Assembly: GCA_903861125.1 (NCBI GenBank)
Contig: CAIOTF010000013.1
Span: 92,407-124,406 of the forward strand
DNA: 32,000 nt
Source of the DNA: an uncultured Ignavibacteriota bacterium
GTDB lineage: Bacteria > Bacteroidota > Ignavibacteria > UBA10030 > UBA8401
Direction: 5' to 3'
Shown here: positions 23,573 to 32,000 of the stretch, piece by piece
Layout: each line of letters begins with the position of its first letter
Position numbering within the stretch: position 1 is the stretch's first letter
Position numbers and translations under genes: made by a program
The notes under the pieces: model-generated
What the model was told of the DNA's origin: nothing
Databases searched by the model: none
What the model saw: the letters and a program-made list of their open reading frames with translations, nothing else

Positions 23573-24481
23573 ATGAATACAGTAAAAAATCAACAGTTGT
23601 TCGCCATTCGTCTCTCCCTCGTCATCGGTGTATTGATGCTTGTGGGGAAATGGTATGCGTATATGATCACCGGATCGGCGGCAATCTTATCGGATGCAGC
23701 GGAATCGGTTGTGCATATCATTGCCGTAACATTCGCCGCATACAGTTTATGGCTCAGCTACCAGCCGGCCGATGAGAGCCACCCCTATGGTCACGACAAA
23801 ATCAGTTTTTTCTCTGCCGGAATTGAAGGGGGACTGATCATTCTTGCTGCTATGTTCATCATCTATGAGTCGGTCAATAAATTGGTAACCGGCATCGTAT
23901 TAGAGAACCTTGATGTCGGAACATACATTATCTTCGGCGCATCGGTGATCAATCTGGGTCTGGGCGGATTTCTGGTCTGGCGCGGGAAAAAATCAAATTC
24001 GCTCATACTGATCGCCAACGGCAAGCATGTACTGACGGACTCCTGGACAAGTTTTGGTGTTGTAGCAGGTCTCATGCTGACCCAATACACAGGATGGCTT
24101 CCGTTCGATCCGCTGGTTGCCATAGCTGTGGCTCTGAATATCCTATGGGAAGGTGGCAAACTGGTCCGCCAATCGGTCGGTGGTTTGATGGATGAAGCGA
24201 GCCCGGAAATCGAAAAAAAGATCCACGCAGTGCTGCAGGAGGAAACAGTAAAACGAGGACTGCACTATCACGAAATGAGATACCGCGACAGCGGCATCTC
24301 GGTCTGGCTGGAATTTCACCTTTTGTTCCCTAAAGGGACTATGATTGAAATCGCTCATGCTGATTCAACAGAAATTGAATCGGCCCTCACAAATGCTCTT
24401 GGACAAAATACCCACATCATTACTCATCTTGAACCATATGAAGATCATGATGAAATCCATCCTGAAGAATTGAAACATTAA
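23573..24481 (+). CDS. Cation diffusion facilitator (CDF) family metal efflux transporter
   Basis: Signature segments are ILSDAAESVVHII...ADESHPYGHDKISFF...HVLTDSWTSFGV, followed by a C-terminal cytoplasmic domain. I moved the start to ATG 23573 because the listed start at 23495 lies inside the terminator hairpin. Confidence 0.85.
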   Translation: MNTVKNQQLFAIRLSLVIGVLMLVGKWYAYMITGSAAILSDAAESVVHIIAVTFAAYSLWLSYQPADESHPYGHDKISFFSAGIEGGLIILAAMFIIYESVNKLVTGIVLENLDVGTYIIFGASVINLGLGGFLVWRGKKSNSLILIANGKHVLTDSWTSFGVVAGLMLTQYTGWLPFDPLVAIAVALNILWEGGKLVRQSVGGLMDEASPEIEKKIHAVLQEETVKRGLHYHEMRYRDSGISVWLEFHLLFPKGTMIEIAHADSTEIESALTNALGQNTHIITHLEPYEDHDEIHPEELKH

Positions 24482-24517
24482 CACTTTGCTGATTACGCGA
24501 AGTCTTTGAAATAAAAA

Positions 24518-24545
24518 ACTCCCGAATTTCTTCGGGAGTTTTTTA
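24518..24545. terminator. Bidirectional rho-independent terminator between convergent genes
   Basis: ACTCCCGAA-tttc-TTCGGGAGT forms a perfect 9 bp stem. An A-tract lies upstream and a T-tract downstream, so it can function on both strands. Confidence 0.8.
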
Positions 24546-24614
24546 TTTCTACAGCTTGAAGATTAAGTTCTTGTTCCCACGCTGAGTCCGGGAACAGGAA
24601 TCAATCGATGGCGA

Positions 24615-26078
24615 TTAGTTCTGCCAGAGTTTCAGGAAGCTATCCCATGACTGGGGAGCGATTTTCGGCATAACGTTATCACCTGCCATGTATTTACCAA
24701 GCGGAAGCGCCAGTGCCGGAAGCGATGTAACATCAACCGCCTGCACGCTTGTTCCATATTTTGCATTCATTACTTTAATGATCTCGTTTGCAAGAACGCC
24801 GGCACCGCGATTGGTCGGGTGAACGCCGTCAAGACTGAACAAACCACCGGTGATATATGCCGAGGTGTATTTTACGCCGCCGATGAGTTTCCCATTGGCA
24901 TTGATATCAGTAAAGATAGCATTGAAATCAACAACGGATGCACCTTGTGTTGCTGCTATGGAAGCAATAGAACCATTAAAATCCGACACAGCTTTTGCAG
25001 CGGTTGCAATTTCAGCAGAATCGAGCGTTAAAGCATTCGGCCAAGGATTTTGCGGATGTAATCCGAAAGGTTTTGTTGTATCGATTCCCGCAGGCAGTGC
25101 AGGGAAAGCATTATCCTTATAGAATTTTCCGGTAGCTGTTCCAATTAAGCCGGCATAAGGGCTTCCTGTTAAACAAATCAACGGATCGCTTGCGGGTGCT
25201 GAGAATTTGGTTGTGCCTGTAGCAACGCCGGATTCGCCTTTTTTCTGATAATACAGCGTCAATCCGCCGGATGCTGCAAGTTTTGCACCAACTTTAGGTC
25301 CAATAGTGGTGAAGAATGGGATTGACGTTACATTCGGTATCGTTCCCACAATTATTTTAACATTCGGCACAGACTTTCTCAATGTATCAAGTGCTTGATT
25401 GAACAGGAATGAAAACGTTGCTAATGGTGTCGGTGCAGACGGTGACGTTCCGCCCGTTGTTGCATAGCCGAGAACATCATTATTACCCAGCCAGAAGGTC
25501 ACTAATTGCGGTTGTAAGGCCTTTAAGGCACGGAACTGGCTTTTGGGCAGTCCACCAGCGCCACGGATAATTGCCGCACCAAACCCGCCCTGATACGTTC
25601 CCACGGTATCCATGAACCCTGCAAGGGGTGCACCGGGAAGACCGAGATTGTCGTATGGTCGTGCTAATGTAGCGGCATTTTCCGGTGCTGCTGCGGTCGG
25701 TGTTTCGCCTTTCGGTCCGATCACCGGATTATTTGGGTCTGCCAGCGAAATAATAACATAGCGGGCAGCTTTTCCAGTTTTCAGATCTGGATTTCCCGGA
25801 TCGGGCCAATACGGCTGTTCAAATGTTCCAAGGTTTGCTCCGGCAAGTTTCAGCTGTCCGGCGATCAAATTTGGATAGCTGTAGATCTGCGCAGATTTGT
25901 AAAGACCGCTTGATTGATAGCCGGCTGCGAGACTATTTCCGACTGCAACGTATTTATTGATCGTAACACTGCCCATTCCCGGTGTGGGAAGATCGGAAGG
26001 TGCAGAATCAGTGCATCCGATCAAAGCAGCTAAGCTGAATAAAGCCAGAATAGCGAAAAGTTTCTTTAATGCATTCAT
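24615..26078 (-). CDS. SGNH/GDSL-family hydrolase lipoprotein
   Basis: The lipobox is LAALIG-C. Block I is VAVGNSLAAGY, block III is FWLGNNDVLGY and block V is FSLDGVHPTNRG. The gene starts 35 nt downstream of the FadL-like gene on the same strand. Confidence 0.8.
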   Translation of the reverse strand: MNALKKLFAILALFSLAALIGCTDSAPSDLPTPGMGSVTINKYVAVGNSLAAGYQSSGLYKSAQIYSYPNLIAGQLKLAGANLGTFEQPYWPDPGNPDLKTGKAARYVIISLADPNNPVIGPKGETPTAAAPENAATLARPYDNLGLPGAPLAGFMDTVGTYQGGFGAAIIRGAGGLPKSQFRALKALQPQLVTFWLGNNDVLGYATTGGTSPSAPTPLATFSFLFNQALDTLRKSVPNVKIIVGTIPNVTSIPFFTTIGPKVGAKLAASGGLTLYYQKKGESGVATGTTKFSAPASDPLICLTGSPYAGLIGTATGKFYKDNAFPALPAGIDTTKPFGLHPQNPWPNALTLDSAEIATAAKAVSDFNGSIASIAATQGASVVDFNAIFTDINANGKLIGGVKYTSAYITGGLFSLDGVHPTNRGAGVLANEIIKVMNAKYGTSVQAVDVTSLPALALPLGKYMAGDNVMPKIAPQSWDSFLKLWQN

Positions 26079-26113
26079 AAATTTAGACTCCGATTGATGA
26101 TTAATTGTTCATC

Positions 26114-27304
26114 TTAAAAGTTATATCCAAAGTTTACACCAAAAAGATTTGCATTGGCCTGGTATACGCCGTCGAATTGGATCTCGGTACCGGTGACTGT
26201 TCTTTCTGCAAACTTTAAGAACATGTATGATACATCGACCGATAAACTTTCATTGATCTTATACCCTGCGCCGATATTGAATCCGTTGCGGTCTGCATCC
26301 GGAAGAAGCGGTTCGGTATAGCGATCGGTAACTGGGTTTTTGTCGAAGATGTAGCCGAATCGGATCTGGAGTGCATCCATTGTATATTCACCGCCAACAC
26401 GAAGAATATATGCATCTTCATAGTTCTTCGGCGATATGGTCGAGCTATTATTCTTTTTGAAATCTATTTTAAGTTCTTTATACGAGGACCATCCGACATA
26501 CTGATAATCCGCTTCAATTTCCAGATTTTCCATGACTTTCAGTGCGGCACCGAGAAAAGCTGTTGCGGGAAGTTCGAGAGCCGCCGATGCATCACCTTCA
26601 GGGAACAATACGCTTGTGGGGGTGAACTTTGCGGTTCCTTCTGCATTAAGTTTTACTGACGTTCGGTACGAAAAACCGACAGAAAAGTCTTGTGTTGGTT
26701 TGTACATGATACCTGCATTATATCCTGTACCCGTACCGCTAAGATCAAGGTTTACCTGAGCATCGCCCGGGCTTACCATTCGTTTGAGGGTAACTGTACC
26801 GGTAACGTAGTTCATGCCCACACCGATAGAAAGTTTGTCGGTTAATTTATATGCAATAGTTGGTGTAAAAAAGAATGACTGTAAGTCGATTTTTTGAGTG
26901 ACATACTTACCGCTCCATTGTTCAGGCCATTCTGATCCTAATCCAAACGGATTATTTACTCCAACTCCAAAAACGAGCCCTTCCATAATAGGGTATGATG
27001 CATAGACATTAATTGGGGTAAAGATCTGTGAAACCATCTCATTTTTAGTGGATTGACCCTGGTTTGTAGGACCGTAAAATGTAGCGGATGGCATAATGAT
27101 CGTAGATCCGAGATAAACAGAACCCTGCTTCTGGAACCCAAGACCCGCCGGGTTAAAATAGATTGCAGATCCGTCATAAGCACGAGCCGCCCATGCACCA
27201 CCTTGTGCCATTGCGCGTGCGCCGTGTTCATTAAGTTGAAATCCGCCCGCAAACATTGATGTGGTGACGGAGAAAACCAGTAAAACGGTGAATATGTATT
27301 TCAC
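26114..27304 (-). CDS. FadL/TodX-family outer-membrane hydrophobic-compound transporter
   Basis: The N-terminal part is AGGFQLNEHGARAMAQGGAWAARAYDGSAIYFNPAGLG. The C-terminus, FGVNFGYNF, ends in Phe as a beta-barrel signal. The start is GTG, preceded by SD AAGGAGG. Confidence 0.85.
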   Translation of the reverse strand: MKYIFTVLLVFSVTTSMFAGGFQLNEHGARAMAQGGAWAARAYDGSAIYFNPAGLGFQKQGSVYLGSTIIMPSATFYGPTNQGQSTKNEMVSQIFTPINVYASYPIMEGLVFGVGVNNPFGLGSEWPEQWSGKYVTQKIDLQSFFFTPTIAYKLTDKLSIGVGMNYVTGTVTLKRMVSPGDAQVNLDLSGTGTGYNAGIMYKPTQDFSVGFSYRTSVKLNAEGTAKFTPTSVLFPEGDASAALELPATAFLGAALKVMENLEIEADYQYVGWSSYKELKIDFKKNNSSTISPKNYEDAYILRVGGEYTMDALQIRFGYIFDKNPVTDRYTEPLLPDADRNGFNIGAGYKINESLSVDVSYMFLKFAERTVTGTEIQFDGVYQANANLFGVNFGYNF

Positions 27305-27419
27305 GAAAACCTCCTTATTGTGTTGTTTGTGGCATTGAATATGTCAATCCCATTTTTGAAAAGCAAATAGAATATTTTTATCTGGAATAATTTTTTCAAA
27401 TAAAAGACTAAAAAGTCTG

Positions 27420-28178
27420 TTATTTGCTAATCTTCTCTAAAAGTTCTTTTGCTTCTCTTCTGTATTGATCATCATCTTCGTCCTGCTTTGGAAGAGCAGA
27501 AATTGAGATAAGGAGCTCTTTTGCTTTGGAAGTATTATCTTCCTCGTTGTATGCCCGAGCTGCATCCAAACGGTAGAGAATGAATGTCGGCCTGAGTGCA
27601 ACCGACTTATCATAGTATTTCAACGATTCATCCATATTGGCCCAACCAAGGCCGAGAGGCCAGCGGATCATTTTGGATTTTTCGCATAACTTGGCATGAG
27701 TGCGTCCGAAGATATAATACGCTGCCGCATTATTTGGGTCGAGAGAGAGAGCCTTTTCGCAATCCGCCTTTACCTGTTTTACAAAATTGATTGCACTCCA
27801 TACGCCTTTGAAGAGTGCTACTCTGCCGTTAGCGATCGCTCTGCGAACATAACCGATTGCAGAATCCGGTTTTGCTTTTACAGCTTTATCTGCGTAGTCG
27901 AAGGCTTTTTGATAATATTCCAGCTGTTTTTCCTTATCGGCATCCGTTTTGTTCGGAAGGTGCTCGCCGATATCGACATAACTTCTGCTCATGCGCCATA
28001 AAACACCGAAATTATTATGCTCCATTTTTTCGGCCTGGAGAAGAACGTCCAAAGCCTTTTGGTTTTCAAACGTGACCGTGGCGAAGTTGTCAGCGTTGGA
28101 AATCAGGTCCTGGATGGATTGTGAAGAGAGTGGGCGTACACAGAAAAGCAGTACGATGAAGAGAAGAACTTGTTTCAT
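27420..28178 (-). CDS. Secreted TPR-like repeat protein
   Basis: The probable start is ATG 28178 (MKQVLLFIVLLFCVRPLSSQ, a signal peptide). The rest is helical-repeat content (YYQKAFDYADKAVKAKPDSAIGYVRRAIANG...CEKALSLDPNNAAAYYIFGRTH...YYDKSVALRPTFILYRLDAARAY). Confidence 0.65.
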   Translation of the reverse strand: MKQVLLFIVLLFCVRPLSSQSIQDLISNADNFATVTFENQKALDVLLQAEKMEHNNFGVLWRMSRSYVDIGEHLPNKTDADKEKQLEYYQKAFDYADKAVKAKPDSAIGYVRRAIANGRVALFKGVWSAINFVKQVKADCEKALSLDPNNAAAYYIFGRTHAKLCEKSKMIRWPLGLGWANMDESLKYYDKSVALRPTFILYRLDAARAYNEEDNTSKAKELLISISALPKQDEDDDQYRREAKELLEKISK

Positions 28179-28320
28179 AACAAACTCCTTAATTGTTGGG
28201 TGCACCCATAGTACGAAGTGGAATCTACGGATGCAATCGGAATTTTCAATAAATGTATGGCGATAATAAATTTGCCCACTATTTGCTTCTTTGCCAATTT
28301 AGCAATAGAATACTCATAGA

Positions 28321-28800
28321 ATGAAAAAAGAACTGAATATTCTGATCATATTTGTGGTCGTATGGTGCCTAGGGCTTATTGCCGCGCCGCTTCTTTACGA
28401 TCAAACGCTCTCAAAAATTATTTATCGTTTTTATTCTGTCGTCTGTCATCAATTTGACTCCCGCTCATTCCATATTTACGGTAAACCATTTGCAGTCTGC
28501 ATTCGGTGCACATCCATCTACGCCGGATTTCTTTTGGCTTTATGCTTTGTCCGGCTCATTCCGGAATTACGATCGAAGAAATTCAATACATGGCTTTTGT
28601 TGTCGGTTTTTTCCATTCCAATGCTGATAGACGGTTCGTTATCGATGCTGAGTATCATCAATTATTCCATGCAGTCGCGAATTATTACCGGATCGCTCTT
28701 TGGAATTGGGATGGCCTTATTGATGCATCAAATGCTGACAGAAATCATCCATACTCAACTTTTTAAAAGAACAAACGAATATGAACATACAACAGGATAA
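28321..28800 (+). CDS. DUF2085-family membrane protein
   Basis: It has four predicted TM helices. VCHQFDSRSFHIYGKPFAVCIRCTSIYAGF matches the remembered DUF2085 CHQ...R.F...G....C.RCTGIY motif. Confidence 0.7.
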   Translation: MKKELNILIIFVVVWCLGLIAAPLLYDQTLSKIIYRFYSVVCHQFDSRSFHIYGKPFAVCIRCTSIYAGFLLALCFVRLIPELRSKKFNTWLLLSVFSIPMLIDGSLSMLSIINYSMQSRIITGSLFGIGMALLMHQMLTEIIHTQLFKRTNEYEHTTG

Positions 28801-29272
28801 GGTAATACCCGCTCTTTACGGTGGGTTATTGATTGCAACAGTCTGGGCAGTACCCGGATTGAATTTTTTGAACTGTCTTTGCTGTGCAGGAGTGATGCTG
28901 GGGGGATTTCTTGCTGTTCTTCTCTATCAAAAGGACATTCCGCCGGAAAGCGGACAATTGACCCGGGAAGATTGTGTTCAACTCGGAATATATGCCGGCA
29001 TCATCTCTTCGGTTGCCGCAGTGTTGATACAATACGCCGTTACCCTGCTATTCGGTGATATCGCGATCGAGATGATGATGCGGCTTGCAGAGCGAATGCA
29101 GGTAGACCTACCGCCCGAAATTTATCCATTAATTGATGAAGCGAAAAAAGCCGAACCGAACCTGATCGGATCCTTCCTGGCTATCTTCATCTATATTGTA
29201 CCTAATACTCTGTTTTCGTTTTTCGGGGCGTTAATCGGGTGGAAGGTGTTTCAGCCGAAGAATTTGTTGTAG
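28781..29272 (+). CDS. Hypothetical polytopic membrane protein
   Basis: This 163-aa product has 4 hydrophobic segments and contains NFLNCLCCAGVMLGGF. It overlaps the upstream gene by 20 nt. I recognise no family. Confidence 0.5.
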   Translation: MNIQQDKVIPALYGGLLIATVWAVPGLNFLNCLCCAGVMLGGFLAVLLYQKDIPPESGQLTREDCVQLGIYAGIISSVAAVLIQYAVTLLFGDIAIEMMMRLAERMQVDLPPEIYPLIDEAKKAEPNLIGSFLAIFIYIVPNTLFSFFGALIGWKVFQPKNLL

Positions 29273-29296
29273 GGTGAAGCGGCATTTCATCCTGCG

Positions 29297-30496
29297 TTAT
29301 GATTTTAAGACTATCCTGAATGTTGTTCCTTCACCAATCGCACTGCGCAGCACGCTCAGTTTTCCCTGGTGATATGTTTCAATGATTCGCTTCGACAGCG
29401 ATAGCCCAAGACCCCAACCGCGCCTTTTGGTGCTGAATCCCGGACGGAAAATATCCTTATGGTATGTTGCATCGATTCCTTTGCCGGTATCGGTAACGTC
29501 TATCACCGTCCGTTTCCCTTCCTTGGCAAGAGAGAAAGCAATGGAACCTTTCCCATCCTCTATAGCGTCAAGGGCGTTCTTAATCAGGTTTTCGATCACC
29601 CATTCAAAAAGTTCACTGTTCACCAATGCAATGCAACCGTTCCCGGCAGTGATTGAGATATCGACTTTTTTCCCCATTTGCGGTATCCGCCGTTCAAAAT
29701 ACCGGATACTATGCTGAATCAGCTCGGCGACATTTTCTTCCTTTAGGTCCGGTTTTGAACCGATCTTCGAGAAACGGTCGGCAACCTTCGTCAGCCGTCG
29801 TGCATCATGTTCGAATTCCGAAACAGTTTCCAATATTGTTGGGCTTGCTTCGGATTGATGCTTCAGCAGTTCAATCCATCCCATCATACTCGTCAACGGA
29901 GTGCCAAGTTGATGTGCGGTTTCCCGCGCCATACCGACCCAGATGTTGCTCTGTTCATTCCGCTTGATGTAGCTGAATCCGATATATCCAACAAGAATAA
30001 ATAATGTCCCGATGGATAGTTCGATGAAAGGGAGCCACCGTAATTGTTTGATGAGAGGCGATTCGCCGTAATGCACTTTTTGTAAAATAAGTGAATCCTG
30101 ATACGTGACGAGGATCGGTTTATTTTCTTTGTCCATCAGCGTTATCATTTCAAAGAGGATCGTTTTCCGTTTTGCATCGGAGAAGGTCGAATCTAACGTG
30201 ATATTTTTTGTTGTGCTGATTTCGCTGTCGTCGCCATCCGTCAGGATCACCGGAAAATCGATCGCGCCGATGATCTCGTCGAAAATGAATGTATAGTCAG
30301 TTCCGCCGGACGGATTGCTGTTTGCAATATATTCAAGCGAACGTGCATAGAGCCCCGCTGTTTCCCGCTGCTTCTTTTGGAGTTTGGTAACAAGGTTATG
30401 CGTATAGAAGAGGATCGGTATGACGATACAGACTGCCGCTATGAACAGTGCAATTTTTATCCTGCCGGTCTTAGGACTGCGGGTATTGAGTTTCAT
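29297..30496 (-). CDS. Membrane sensor histidine kinase (two TM helices flanking a periplasmic domain)
   Basis: The probable start is ATG 30496, because the listed start at 30514 is TTG. The TM helices are IKIALFIAAVCIVIPILF and LPFIELSIGTLFILVGYIGF. The H-box is ARETAHQLGTPLTSMMGWIELL, the N box is ENLIKNALDA, and the G boxes are DTGKGI and GWGLGLSL. Confidence 0.85.
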   Translation of the reverse strand: MKLNTRSPKTGRIKIALFIAAVCIVIPILFYTHNLVTKLQKKQRETAGLYARSLEYIANSNPSGGTDYTFIFDEIIGAIDFPVILTDGDDSEISTTKNITLDSTFSDAKRKTILFEMITLMDKENKPILVTYQDSLILQKVHYGESPLIKQLRWLPFIELSIGTLFILVGYIGFSYIKRNEQSNIWVGMARETAHQLGTPLTSMMGWIELLKHQSEASPTILETVSEFEHDARRLTKVADRFSKIGSKPDLKEENVAELIQHSIRYFERRIPQMGKKVDISITAGNGCIALVNSELFEWVIENLIKNALDAIEDGKGSIAFSLAKEGKRTVIDVTDTGKGIDATYHKDIFRPGFSTKRRGWGLGLSLSKRIIETYHQGKLSVLRSAIGEGTTFRIVLKS

Positions 30497-30557
30497 AACA
30501 TGATGTTTGTACAAACAAAATGGTGCTGAGTGAAGATCAACGTTCCGTAGAGAGTTT

Positions 30558-31826
30558 TTATCGTTTAATCGTTTGGTCCCTCCGTGCCCCCACGGAAACC
30601 AGCGATACTTTCACTCCCGATAATTTCTCAATTGTTTCAATATATTTTTTTGTCCGTGGCGGCAGCAGTTTCCATTTTTTTGCTGTCGAAATATTTTCAT
30701 TCCAGCCTTTGTACGTTTGGAATACCGGTTCTACTGTATCAAGTGTATGAACATCAGTCGGGAATGATTTGAGAACTTTCCCATCCTTTTTGTAGGCCAC
30801 ACAGATCTTGATCTCATCAAAACTATCAAGCACGTCAAGTTTTGTTAAAGCAATTTCGCTGATACCATTGACCATCAATGAATATTTAAGACTGACCATA
30901 TCGAGCCATCCGCAACGGCGGGGCCGGCCGGTGGTTGCACCGAATTCATGGCCGATAGAGCGGAGCGTTTCACCGGTATTCTCACTCAATTCGGTGGGGA
31001 AGGGACCATTACCCACGCGGGTCGAATAGGCTTTAACGATACCAATGATCGATTTCACAGATGTTGGAGGAATACCGAGACCCGTGCATGCACCGCCGCT
31101 GGTCGGATTGGATGAAGTGACATACGGATATGTACCGTGATCGACATCCAGTAGAGCACCCTGTGCCCCCTCGGCCAGGATTCTTTTCTTCTTCCTCAAC
31201 GCATCGTTTAAGTATGAAGCAGTGTCGGTGATGTATGGATCGATCTTGTTGTCGAATTCCTGATACTCATTTACTATTTTATCGATATCGATTTCGGTTT
31301 TTCCGTACACCTTACTGAGGATCTGATTTTTTTCCTCAATGTTCCGCGTCAGTTTTTCCCGTAGTACTTTTCGGTCCAGCAGATCGACCACGCGGATGCC
31401 AGTACGCATGTATTTATCAATGTAAGCGGGACCAATACCGCGTCCGGTAGTACCAATCTTCTGCGCTCCCTGTTCGCGGATTGTGTCGAGCAATTTATGA
31501 TACGGCATGATCAAATGGGCATTGTGGCTGATGAACAGACGGCCGTCAATCTTAATGCCGAACGATTTGATCATGTTGATCTCTTCCATCAGTGCCACCG
31601 GATCGATCACAACACCATTGCCGATGACGCATTTTACATTCTTTTGGAAGATTCCTGACGGGACCAGATGAAGCACATACGTTTTATCACCGATAACAAC
31701 GGTATGGCCGGCATTCGCGCCTCCTTGATACCGTGCAACGATATCGATTTTTTCGCTGAGCATATCAACGATCTTGCCTTTGCCTTCATCGCCCCATTGG
31801 GCACCGACAACGATAGAAACTGACAT
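30558..31826 (-). CDS. purA: Adenylosuccinate synthetase
   Basis: Signature segments are MSVSIVVGAQWGDEGKGKIVD...GGANAGHTV...GTTGRGIGPAY...ATTGRPRRCGWLD. The start is ATG 31826, because the listed start at 31973 would add 49 non-homologous residues. Confidence 0.92.
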   Translation of the reverse strand: MSVSIVVGAQWGDEGKGKIVDMLSEKIDIVARYQGGANAGHTVVIGDKTYVLHLVPSGIFQKNVKCVIGNGVVIDPVALMEEINMIKSFGIKIDGRLFISHNAHLIMPYHKLLDTIREQGAQKIGTTGRGIGPAYIDKYMRTGIRVVDLLDRKVLREKLTRNIEEKNQILSKVYGKTEIDIDKIVNEYQEFDNKIDPYITDTASYLNDALRKKKRILAEGAQGALLDVDHGTYPYVTSSNPTSGGACTGLGIPPTSVKSIIGIVKAYSTRVGNGPFPTELSENTGETLRSIGHEFGATTGRPRRCGWLDMVSLKYSLMVNGISEIALTKLDVLDSFDEIKICVAYKKDGKVLKSFPTDVHTLDTVEPVFQTYKGWNENISTAKKWKLLPPRTKKYIETIEKLSGVKVSLVSVGARRDQTIKR

Positions 31827-32000
31827 ATTTTTTTGATTGTAATTGAGGGAGGAATAATTTGTAGATTGAGTATAGCAAGAATTGTCGCGAATCTCAAATA
31901 CGAAATGGATTTCGTCAATCATAAGAGCTTCTTGCAACTGCTTCCATTTTTGAGTAATTTCATTCCAGACCATACAGTATGTATTGCTACCGATGCCACC

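Noticed and set aside
27405-27418. The hairpin AGACT-aaaa-AGTCT as a terminator of the TPR gene (minus strand)
   Set aside because: The stem is only 5 bp and AT-rich. It is too weak to call, although a T-run follows on the minus strand.
28258-28275. A sigma-54-like element TGGCGAtaataaatTTGC upstream of the DUF2085 gene
   Set aside because: The GG-to-GC spacing is 3 nt too long (8-nt spacer instead of 5). Sigma-54 promoters are very intolerant of spacing changes.
31827-31973. A 49-aa N-terminal extension of PurA
   Set aside because: PurA homology begins exactly at MSVSIVVGAQWGDEGKGK, and the extension has no homology.
1-32000. A search by eye for CRISPR repeats, tRNA T-loop signatures (GGTTCGAAT-like), rRNA, IS inverted repeats or transposases, toxin-antitoxin pairs and known defence-system genes
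   Set aside because: I found none. The only GTTCGA-like strings (for example near 2185 and 5444) are inside well-supported CDSs and lack cloverleaf context. A manual scan cannot fully exclude small ncRNAs.

Overview
Hand-read of the sequence with no tools. Homology calls come from remembered family signatures and coordinates were counted manually. The window looks like a chromosomal segment of an FCB-group bacterium, possibly Ignavibacteria or Bacteroidota-like. This is inferred from a Por/T9SS-type C-terminal sorting domain, sigma-54 circuitry and AT-rich intergenic DNA. I support about 22 CDSs. I found no rRNA, tRNA, CRISPR array or recognisable IS element. There are three blocks. (i) nt 1-9807 is a tightly spaced same-strand operon-like block ending in a strong terminator. 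It encodes a giant modular T9SS-tagged surface protein, a predicted OM beta-barrel protein, a TPR lipoprotein and a MotA/MotB-type stator pair. Its last gene encodes a bitopic membrane protein whose cytoplasmic part aligns over its whole length with FliG (N, M and C domains). That FliG part sits behind a signal peptide, a small periplasmic domain and a TM helix. No other flagellar gene is present in the 32 kb. This is my top candidate for an undescribed system: a flagellum-independent rotor/stator unit wired into an envelope-spanning complex. (ii) nt ~10150-23400 is a cytoplasmic signalling block. It holds a MerR-type HTH with a degenerate B12-binding-like domain, an unlisted 47-aa membrane peptide and a pseudo-receiver. 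It also holds a REC-kinase with a degenerate H-box, a 1865-aa kinase with nine PAS and two GAF segments plus a receiver, a REC-PAS atypical kinase, and an NtrC-type sigma-54 activator. Three sigma-54-like -24/-12 promoters and a recurring TGTAAAC motif lie in its intergenic regions. (iii) nt 23500-32000 is housekeeping or accessory. It holds a CDF transporter, a FadL-like porin with an SGNH lipoprotein, a TPR protein, a DUF2085 protein, a membrane protein, a two-TM histidine kinase and purA.
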